Below, one piece after another: positions 57,720 through 64,000 of a stretch of DNA of 64,000 nucleotides. The stretch spans positions 1 to 64,000 of IMG/VR virus record IMGVR_UViG_3300046092_000062. One strand, given 5' to 3'. The notes under the pieces were generated by a model. It worked only from the letters and a program-made list of their open reading frames with translations, was not told where the DNA came from and made no database searches. Within the stretch, counting starts at the first letter, position 1. Every line of letters starts with the position of its first letter. The translations under genes were made by a program, and so were the position numbers.

Positions 57720-57787
57720 ATCAAGACACATCAAAGTAGCGACTATTGCTGGAGGCGGTAGCACGTAATTAGTGTGTCGAGTTTTTC

Positions 57788-57926
57788 GTGGTAAGTCTGG
57801 AGACAAGTTATTTGACTGTATGCGTAGCAGGATTGCAAACCCGAGGGGCATATGGCGATGGGAAGTGATATCACCCGTTTGTAAAAACAGATGACTAGTT
57901 GGGTTCAACTCCCAATTACTACACCA
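57788..57926 (+). ncRNA. tRNA-like RNA (139 nt) with Ala-type acceptor and long insert
   Basis: GTGGTAA/TTACTAC-A-CCA (G3:U70); TTGGG-TTCAACT-CCCAA T-arm. Confidence 0.65.
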
Positions 57927-58000
57927 TATGCAAACACATTATACAAACCTGAATCAGCAATAGCATTGCAAAGGTTTAAATGTGTAGTGTGTTTACATAT
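57926..58000 (+). ncRNA. Closed-stem RNA element, copy 2
   Basis: Same ATATGCAAACACATTA / TGTGTTTACATAT ends as 57182, different interior. Confidence 0.6.
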
Positions 58001-58002
58001 TG

Positions 58003-58183
58003 TGTTGTTAAGGCTGATGACGGCAATCTGAAAGCAGTCTGAAATCTGACCCTGAAACAAAGTAGCTTTGCCGAGCGAATGTAGACGGAGTCTCTATAGT
58101 GTAGTGGAAGCACACCGGCATAATACGCCGGGGGCCTAGGTTCGATTCCTAGTAGGGTTTATTAGATATCAGCCTTAACAGCA
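58003..58183 (+). ncRNA. Long hairpin RNA enclosing a tRNA-like domain with AAT anticodon
   Basis: TGTTGTTAAGGCTGAT/ATCAGCCTTAACAGCA outer stem; inner D-arm, CCGGC-ATAATAC-GCCGG, CTAGG-TTCGATT-CCTAG; no CCA. Confidence 0.55.
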
Positions 58184-58195
58184 TAAAGAAATAAT

Positions 58196-58281
58196 GGGGA
58201 TACGGCGCAGTTGGAGAGGCGCGGCAGACTGTAAATCTGTTTCCACTGGATGAGTTGGTTCGAATCTAACTATCCCCACCA
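58196..58281 (+). tRNA. trnY: tRNA-Tyr(GTA)
   Basis: Loop CTGTAAA, long variable arm; CCA. Confidence 0.92.
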
Positions 58282-58282
58282 A

Positions 58283-58740
58283 GAATACTAAGACAACACT
58301 TAGTAAGATGAGTAGACGGAAACCGACCCGGGAGAGAATTCCCGGGCTTCAATAATACGAATCACCGGCGAAACGCTGCGGGTCCCGCCCGCTGTATTAT
58401 TGACGAACGATAAGCAAAGTCGGTCCAGTAGGGGTAAGAAAAGTGTTGTTAGCGGAAAGAGCTGCAACGAGACAGAAGTTAAGCGGGCATAGGCCGACAG
58501 TTTAACGCCGTGTATTCTCGAACTAATTCAAGAATTGATCGGAAAGCAAGAGCCGAAGAGTAGACACTAGCGAATGGCGGGCTGCGTTCGCATAAGTTGG
58601 GATAACTGACTAGTAGGGTAAGAGTCCCTAGTATGCCTCCTAATTCACAAATGTAAGATAGTTGCAAATGCGTCCTGCAGGTAAGTTTGCAACCGTAACA
58701 TCACAGACGGGCGACTCTGTGTAAGAAATACGACCCAGAA
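58283..58740 (+). ncRNA. Large (~450 nt) multi-domain structured ncRNA candidate
   Basis: No credible ORF; many hairpins plus long-range ACAACACTT/AAGTGTTGT and CAATAATAC/GTATTATTG helices, between tRNAs. Confidence 0.6.
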
Positions 58741-58746
58741 ATTTAT

Positions 58747-58822
58747 GCTCCATTAGCTCAATTGGGAGAGCGCGACACTGTCACTGTCGAGGTAAGCGGA
58801 TCGAAACCGCTATGGGGCGCCA
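58747..58822 (+). tRNA. trnD: tRNA-Asp(GTC)
   Basis: CGACA-CTGTCAC-TGTCG; CCA. Confidence 0.92.
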
Positions 58823-58829
58823 GTTTTAT

Positions 58830-58904
58830 ATCCTGTTAGATTATCGGTTAGATCAACAGCCTTTCAAGTTGTAGAGACGGGTTCGATTCCCGTACAGGAT
58901 GCCA
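58830..58904 (+). tRNA. trnE: tRNA-Glu(TTC)
   Basis: Loop CTTTCAA, G73; CCA. Confidence 0.9.
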
Positions 58905-58909
58905 GTTAT

Positions 58910-58996
58910 GGATAGTAGTGTGCATGGTGCCGAGTTGGTTTGCTAAACCGATCTACTGCGAAAGCGGTAACAGTTCGATTCTGTTTCTATCCTCCA
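58910..58996 (+). tRNA. trnS: tRNA-Ser(GCT)
   Basis: Loop TTGCTAA, long variable arm; CCA. Confidence 0.88.
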
Positions 58997-59003
58997 AGTT
59001 TTA

Positions 59004-59078
59004 GCGGGTAAGGTGTTTACGGATACACACTAGTCTTCCAAACTTGAGTAGTCGGTTCGATACCGACTACCCGCTCCA
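59004..59078 (+). tRNA. trnG: tRNA-Gly(TCC)
   Basis: Loop CTTCCAA, U73; CCA. Confidence 0.9.
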
Positions 59079-59085
59079 AGTTAAT

Positions 59086-59160
59086 GCCGTGGTAGCTCTC
59101 TGGGAGGGTGCCTCACTGTCGATGAGTTTTAGGCGGGTTCGATTCCCGTCCACGGCGCCA
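59086..59160 (+). tRNA. trnD: tRNA-Asp(GTC)
   Basis: Loop CTGTCGA (G37); CCA. Confidence 0.88.
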
Positions 59161-59163
59161 GTT

Positions 59164-59366
59164 TTGTAAGTGTCAGCAAGAGAAAGTCACGCTATACAAT
59201 ATTCTTCGAAGGTGTTGTATAGTAAAAGGTTAATGGGTTCGAATCCCACCGTGCGCGGGCCATTTGGAGGCTGTACTGGACAAGTATTCCTAGTGGCAGA
59301 CTGCCCCCGTCCGGACTTGTTAATTCGGGTGAAGCGTTGAGATAACAGCGGCTCAACTACTTACAA
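59164..59366 (+). ncRNA. ~200-nt structured RNA with an internal T-loop hairpin
   Basis: TTGTAAGT/ACTTACAA closing stem; GGG-TTCGAAT-CCC at 59235-59247; CTATACAA/TTGTATAG hairpin. Confidence 0.55.
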
Positions 59367-59375
59367 ATTCAATTT

Positions 59376-59450
59376 ACCCGGTTAGCTCAGTGGTAGAGCA
59401 GCGGCTTGATAAGCCGTTGGTCGCAAGTTCAAATCTTGCATCGGGTACCA
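59376..59450 (+). tRNA. trnI: tRNA-Ile(GAT)
   Basis: GCGGC-TTGATAA-GCCGT; CCA. Confidence 0.92.
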
Positions 59451-59459
59451 AAATTTATA

Positions 59460-59487
59460 TTGACATACACAGTTTGTCATATATAAT
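59460..59487 (+). promoter_or_regulatory. Sigma70 promoter
   Basis: TTGACA-N16-TATAAT. Confidence 0.85.
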
Positions 59488-59495
59488 AGTGTTAT

Positions 59496-59571
59496 TGGCA
59501 TATAGCTCAGTTGGTAGAGCGCTTGACTGTTAATCAAGATGTCCCTGGTTCGAGCCCAGGTTTGCCAGCCA
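59496..59571 (+). tRNA. trnN: tRNA-Asn(GTT)
   Basis: CTTGA-CTGTTAA-TCAAG; CCA. Confidence 0.93.
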
Positions 59572-59577
59572 AATTTC

Positions 59578-59651
59578 GCCCCATTAGTTAAATGGTAGAA
59601 CACCGGTTTTGTAATCCGGGGATAGCAGTTCGATTCTGTTATGGGGCACCA
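59578..59651 (+). tRNA. trnT: tRNA-Thr(TGT)
   Basis: Loop TTTGTAA; CCA. Confidence 0.9.
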
Positions 59652-59658
59652 AGGTTAT

Positions 59659-59732
59659 AGCGGGTAGGGCGGCCACCACTCCAGTCTCATAAGCTCGGAG
59701 CATCGCAAGTTCAAATCTTGCACCCGCATCCA
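59659..59732 (+). tRNA. tRNA-CAT with 1:72 mismatch and reduced D-arm (initiator-like?)
   Basis: Loop CTCATAA; A1/A72 unpaired; CCA. Confidence 0.7.
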
Positions 59733-59737
59733 TATAA

Positions 59738-59813
59738 GGGGGATTAGCTCATTTGGGAGAGCGGCTGCTTTGCAAGCAGTAGGTGACCAGTTCGATCCTG
59801 GTATCCTCCACCA
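59738..59813 (+). tRNA. trnA: tRNA-Ala(TGC)
   Basis: Loop TTTGCAA; G3:U70; CCA. Confidence 0.93.
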
Positions 59814-59924
59814 ATATTCACTGAACCAGCAGTAAGCTGGAATGTATAGTAGACGAGAATTAGTGTACTGCTATATGTCTGACACGGACTTGAGTGGACA
59901 GCCCACAGTGTTGTAAATCATATT

Positions 59925-60001
<77 letters not shown>

Positions 60002-60005
60002 ATTT

Positions 60006-60080
60006 GCGTCTGTAGTACAATGGAAAGTACACTAGGCTACGAACTTAGGAATGGTGGTTCGATTCCATCCAGACGCACCA
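60006..60080 (+). tRNA. trnR: tRNA-Arg(ACG)
   Basis: Loop CTACGAA; CCA. Confidence 0.92.
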
Positions 60081-60098
60081 ATCAACAAAGGAAATACA

Positions 60099-60527
60099 AT
60101 GTCAGCATTCAAAGTATTGCGCGGTGAGCGCATTAACGGAATCTTTCTAGGCAACGACAGCTGGGCATTAGTATTCCGTACAGTCAACGGCAAGTATTTT
60201 CGTTTTGACACTCAGAACGATTGTTGCAACAGCGTGTGGTTCAATCACATTAATGGTGCTACTATCCTAGGTGAAGGCAACAGCTTTGACCTATTGCGCG
60301 GCGCATTAGTGACTGAAACAGAAGACAAGGGTTGGGGCGATAATCGCGAAGAAGACGGATACGAAGTAGTTCAAGACGGGTTCTGGACTATCAAAACCGA
60401 CCGCGGCTACATTGATATTGAAGTGCGTAACAGCCACAATGGCTACTACGGCGGATCAGTTAAGCACATCGAAGACTTTGAGCTTGACCAAATCGAAGGC
60501 TTAAAGCAAGTTACGGAAGATTTTTAA
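60099..60527 (+). CDS. Hypothetical protein
   Basis: AAGGA SD; DCCNSVWF and RNSHNGYYGG motifs. Confidence 0.7.
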   Translation: MSAFKVLRGERINGIFLGNDSWALVFRTVNGKYFRFDTQNDCCNSVWFNHINGATILGEGNSFDLLRGALVTETEDKGWGDNREEDGYEVVQDGFWTIKTDRGYIDIEVRNSHNGYYGGSVKHIEDFELDQIEGLKQVTEDF

Positions 60528-60537
60528 AAGGGTAGTT

Positions 60538-60747
60538 ATGTCAAATAGTAGAAACACTTCGTCAGCAGCAGTAGAGCAAGTAGGCAACCGATTTGATTTG
60601 GTGCTTATTGCAAGTGCGCGAGCACGTGAACTCAAGCGAGGACATGCTGCAAAAGTAAGTGGTGCCGGCGGCATTACTGCAACAGTGTTGAAAGAAATTG
60701 AAGAAGGAAAAATTGGCCGCGAGTACTTGAAAAAGTTGCGCGACTAA
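60538..60747 (+). CDS. rpoZ: RNA polymerase omega subunit
   Basis: AVEQVGNRFDLVLIASARAREL..G....V.....AT.L.EIEEGKI. Confidence 0.88.
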   Translation: MSNSRNTSSAAVEQVGNRFDLVLIASARARELKRGHAAKVSGAGGITATVLKEIEEGKIGREYLKKLRD

Positions 60748-60754
60748 GAGTTAT

Positions 60755-60829
60755 GGAGTTGTTAGTTTAGTGGCAAAACCGCGGGTTGTGATTCCGCTAT
60801 CACGGGTTCGATTCCCGTACTTCTCCCCA
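60755..60829 (+). tRNA. trnH: tRNA-His(GTG)
   Basis: Encoded G-1:C73; loop TTGTGAT; CCA. Confidence 0.92.
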
Positions 60830-60938
60830 GAGCCTCGCCGTTGCTAGTGGCGTATAATAGGATAAATTATTAGCACACAGACCCCGTCTTTGGGCAATCG
60901 GACGTTAAACGGTTGTCCACCAATTCATTAAATACTGT

Positions 60939-61997
60939 ATGAAGATAATTGATTGCGATAGCCATTACCTACCACCTACAGTATTTGACCATGTACCAGA
61001 GCATCTAAGGCATTTGTTGCCTACGTTTGATTTCTCGGTTGACGGAAAGTTAAATCGCGTAAATTTTGAAATTGATCCAGTTAAAATTAGTGAAGGTAAG
61101 CCGCCTGAGTCGTTTGGGCAGACTGCCGGAGTAACTAACATTGACAGCAGGATTGAGGATTTTGCTAAGTTAAAAATCACAAAGCAACTGTTGTGTCCGC
61201 AAGAGCTTGCTATGCGGTTTAACTATTCTGTTGAACCAGAACTAGCCGCTGCAATGTGCAGAAGCTACAATATAGAGATTAAGAAAGTGGTTGACGCACA
61301 TCCTGACAAGTTCTTTGCAACTGCACTAGTACCATTGCAGGACATGAAGGCAGCAACAGTTGAACTCAATTGGGCTATACGTCACGGATTTAAAGCAGTA
61401 TATCTTGATAACTCGTTTATATCTGCAGATGGCACAAGTATGCCTACCATGTGTATGCCTGATATTAGTGATCTAATTGAAATCTGTGCAATGCAGAGAA
61501 TAACAATTTATTTTCATAGCATGATGCACCACGTGTTTCCCTTTGACGATCATTATCGCAAATTGCAAAGATTTTTACCCGGGTCAATCCAGCTAAACAT
61601 ATACAGCTTATTGATGTCTGGTATTTTTGATCGTTACCCTGTAATGCAGGTAGTATTCGCAGAAGGGGCAGATGTACATGCGATGCGATCGTACAATACA
61701 GTGCAGGGAGTATTTGAGCGTAAGCTGCCAGACGTACAAATGAAAAATCATCCGCTAGTGTATTTTAAAAATAACATCAGCTTTACAGTTGACATAGAGA
61801 ATACTGCTCTAATGCAACTGCTAATAAAAACTTTCGGAAGCGAACGATTGCTGTTCAGTACAGATTATCCGCACGATGACGAGTCGGGACTAAACCAATT
61901 GCACGACGTGGACGATTTGATTGCATTAAAATTAAGCAATAATGATTTAGAGAACATCGCTTACAAAAACGCCGAACGAATTTTTCGGTTAGTATAG
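60939..61997 (+). CDS. Amidohydrolase-2 family metal-dependent hydrolase/decarboxylase
   Basis: IIDCDSHY, YFHSMMH, LLFSTDYPHDD, NAERIF. Confidence 0.88.
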   Translation: MKIIDCDSHYLPPTVFDHVPEHLRHLLPTFDFSVDGKLNRVNFEIDPVKISEGKPPESFGQTAGVTNIDSRIEDFAKLKITKQLLCPQELAMRFNYSVEPELAAAMCRSYNIEIKKVVDAHPDKFFATALVPLQDMKAATVELNWAIRHGFKAVYLDNSFISADGTSMPTMCMPDISDLIEICAMQRITIYFHSMMHHVFPFDDHYRKLQRFLPGSIQLNIYSLLMSGIFDRYPVMQVVFAEGADVHAMRSYNTVQGVFERKLPDVQMKNHPLVYFKNNISFTVDIENTALMQLLIKTFGSERLLFSTDYPHDDESGLNQLHDVDDLIALKLSNNDLENIAYKNAERIFRLV

Positions 61998-62003
61998 AAT
62001 TGT

Positions 62004-62077
62004 TGGGGATTAGTTAAACGGTATAACTACGGATTTTGATTCCGTCATTAGTGGTTCGATTCCACTATCCTCTGCCA
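62004..62077 (+). tRNA. trnQ: tRNA-Gln(TTG)
   Basis: ACGGA-TTTTGAT-TCCGT; CCA. Confidence 0.9.
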
Positions 62078-62224
62078 AAATTTCATATCCTGTACGAACG
62101 GCAGCTCTTGCTTTTCAGGATAATCTCGTGTAAAATGTTTAACACAAGAGAAGCTCTTAGCATCGGAATAAGTTCCGTTGCCGAGTTTAAGTAATTCATC
62201 GAATCCAGGATTGGGTTTGCTCAT
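62048..62224 (-). CDS. Small antisense late protein (58 aa)
   Basis: Start preceded by TAAATA-CAGT, the spacing seen for other late genes; 3' end overlaps tRNA-Gln. Confidence 0.4.
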   Translation of the reverse strand: MSKPNPGFDELLKLGNGTYSDAKSFSCVKHFTRDYPEKQELPFVQDMKFWQRIVESNH

Positions 62225-62249
62225 ACTGTATTTAACACAAGGAAACAAA

Positions 62250-62753
62250 ATGCCCTGGATCCAAAACGTAGCACGTAGCGATGTCACTAAAGGGTTTCAC
62301 ATCAACCCCGGTGATAACGCTATGTTGATTCAAATCGTTGACTGCGGCAGCGAATTTCCTACTCCCCTTTACAAGTTTAAAGAAGCTCATCAATTTGAGT
62401 TTTTAGATGTAGAGGAAAAGGACTACGTTCTTGAAGAAGAAATGAAGTGCAGTCACGAACAAGCCGCAGAGCTAGTTCGTTTGTTGCAACATGCACTAGA
62501 GAATCGCATGAACGTTATTGTTCATTGCCATGCTGGTGTTTGCCGCAGCGGTGCAGTATGTGAAGTTGGAGTCATGCTTGGCTTTGATGACACTGAAGCA
62601 TTTCGTGCTCCTAACTTGCTAGTCAAGCATCGCATGATGAAGCAGCTGGGTTGGACGTATGATGAGAACGAAGAGCCAACGATCAATGGTCAACCATATC
62701 AATACAGCGCAGGCGGGATCATTTTACCCCCAAGTCACGAAGGTGATATTTAA
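62250..62753 (+). CDS. Cys-dependent (PTP/DSP-type) phosphatase
   Basis: HCHAGVCRS = HCxxGxxR signature; AAGGA SD. Confidence 0.85.
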   Translation: MPWIQNVARSDVTKGFHINPGDNAMLIQIVDCGSEFPTPLYKFKEAHQFEFLDVEEKDYVLEEEMKCSHEQAAELVRLLQHALENRMNVIVHCHAGVCRSGAVCEVGVMLGFDDTEAFRAPNLLVKHRMMKQLGWTYDENEEPTINGQPYQYSAGGIILPPSHEGDI

Positions 62754-63094
62754 TGCACAAAATCTACGTTGATGTTCCGTACGAGTACAACTATGTGTAC
62801 CGAGTTGATCATGATGAGTCCACTGGTCCAGAAGTGCTAGCAAGGGACTTTGGGGTAAAGTTTGCGTTTATTTGCAACGCTGCTCAGAGATTCAGCAACC
62901 CCGAAGGACTTGGAGCAGTGGGCAATACAGGTGATGCTCACGTGGTATGGCTTGAGTCGGAGAAAGACGAATTGTTCTTTCTAATCAAGTCCGGATTTAC
63001 CAAGTTAAATAAAGATGTAGTTGAACTATTCTTGAAAGCAAGATTGGAAGCTATGCGATTAAAAGAGAGGAATGATTATGAAACGTGTAATTGA
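62753..63094 (+). CDS. Hypothetical protein
   Basis: 113 aa ORF, TAATG overlap. Confidence 0.55.
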   Translation: MHKIYVDVPYEYNYVYRVDHDESTGPEVLARDFGVKFAFICNAAQRFSNPEGLGAVGNTGDAHVVWLESEKDELFFLIKSGFTKLNKDVVELFLKARLEAMRLKERNDYETCN

Positions 63095-63749
63095 GGTCCG
63101 TGCCGCAGAAGGTGGCGAAGACAGTAAACTATTTGTAAAAGACTTGGCACAAGCCTACATTAAATTTGCACACAGCAAAGGCTGAACTAGCCGCCTGATA
63201 AATGAGTATCTTGGCGAAGTTCATATCTTAGTCGAGGGTGCTGATTTATCTGGCTTATACAACGAGCCAGGTGGACACCGAATACAGCGTGTACCACCAA
63301 CAGAGCGAAAAGGACGAGTACATACCAGTACTGTTACTGTCGCTGTTGTTGATCCAAGTGTGCCGACCACTACCATAAAAGAATCTGATTTGCGGATTGA
63401 ATGGTACAGCGGAACAGGCGCAGGAGGACAACACCGTAACAAGCACCAAAACAGTGCCCGCGTTACGCACATACCTAGTGGCACAGTAGTAACAGCACAG
63501 TGTCGCAGTAGGGAAAATAGTTTGGCAGAAGCTATGCAAACTATTCGAGAAAGAGTTGACAAGATAACAAAAGACTGTTATAATAACAACTTAGCAAGCA
63601 ACAGAAAGCAACAAGTTGGTTCAGGGATGCGAGGAGACAAAATTCGCACATACCGCTTTCAGGACGATACAGTTAAAGATCACGTAAGTGACAAGACTGC
63701 AAGCGTTAAGAAAGTGTTAGCCGGCAACTTTGACTTACTTTGGAATTAA
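63078..63749 (+). CDS. prfA: RF1-type peptide chain release factor lacking domain 1, interrupted by in-frame TGA at codon 36 (63183-63185)
   Basis: EVRAAEGG..., HRIQRVPPTE.KGRVHTS (PxT), GAGGQH.NK (GGQ), IRTYRF; one frame from ATG 63078 with one TGA. Confidence 0.85.
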
Positions 63750-63763
63750 AAAGGAAAATTGAC

Positions 63764-63787
63764 ATGAAACGTTCAGGTAAACGATAG
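63764..63787 (+). CDS. Mini-ORF MKRSGKR ending in TAG followed by a hairpin
   Basis: AAGGAA SD 7 nt upstream; stem GTGTCATCC/GGATGGCAC starts at the G of TAG. Confidence 0.4.
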   Translation: MKRSGKR

Positions 63788-63849
63788 TGTCATCCTAGAC
63801 CCCCGTATGGTCCTGGATGGCACGTAAAAGAAAAATATTTACGATCCAT

Positions 63850-63924
63850 CCACAGCAAACTTTGCTGGCGAAGTACCCGGCTCTTACCCGGACTAACAGA
63901 GTTCGATTCTCTGGCTGTGGACCA
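63850..63924 (+). tRNA. trnK: tRNA-Lys(CTT)
   Basis: Loop CTCTTAC; CCA. Confidence 0.85.
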
Positions 63925-63927
63925 TAT

Positions 63928-64000
63928 GGGGGTATAACTTAGCGGCTAAAGTATCTGGCTTTTAACCAGAGAACCAGAGTTCGATTCTCTGTGCCCCTAC
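63928..64000 (+). tRNA. trnK: tRNA-Lys(TTT), 3' end at window edge
   Basis: TCTGG-CTTTTAA-CCAGA. Confidence 0.9.

Noticed and set aside
55440-57926. Canonical tmRNA or group I intron-containing tRNAs
   Set aside because: Elements are 85-152 nt, far shorter than tmRNA or self-splicing introns, and lack recognisable P/Q/R/S cores.
55271-59603. ORFs called within the tRNA island (e.g. 55627-56049, 57576-57908)
   Set aside because: They overlap clear tRNA or structured RNA genes, lack RBS, and have no recognisable protein features.
60878-60922. Pistol-ribozyme-like CGTC...GACGTTAAA hairpin ending in TCCACCA
   Set aside because: The downstream AAGCG/P3 elements are missing; kept only as an unassigned structured spacer.

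Overview
This 64 kb window is part of a T4-like jumbo myophage genome. It contains the head module (gp21 protease, gp22 scaffold, gp23 capsid), a long tail-fibre/adhesin region and a block of redox/modification enzymes (U32-like protein, 2OG-Fe(II) oxygenase, flavin halogenase, desaturase). It also carries neck and tail genes (gp13, gp14, gp15, gp18, gp19), gp4, terminase large subunit, gp32, UvsX and UvsY. A ~10 kb translation island at the right end holds 37 canonical tRNA genes (19 amino acids, no Cys in the window), many non-tRNA structured RNAs, an RNA polymerase omega subunit and a release-factor gene. The most notable signals are in that island: (1) an RF1-type release factor gene interrupted by a single in-frame UGA at a conserved Trp position, with a phage tRNA-Trp carrying the A24 base of the Hirsh UGA suppressor; (2) a leaderless 49-codon leader peptide using 19 amino acids, followed by mutually exclusive antiterminator/terminator helices upstream of the main tRNA operon (candidate tRNA-pool-sensing attenuator); (3) four tRNA-like RNAs with alanine identity (G3:U70, A73) whose anticodon arm is replaced by other structure. 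All product calls come from motif recognition by eye; no database search or folding program was run.
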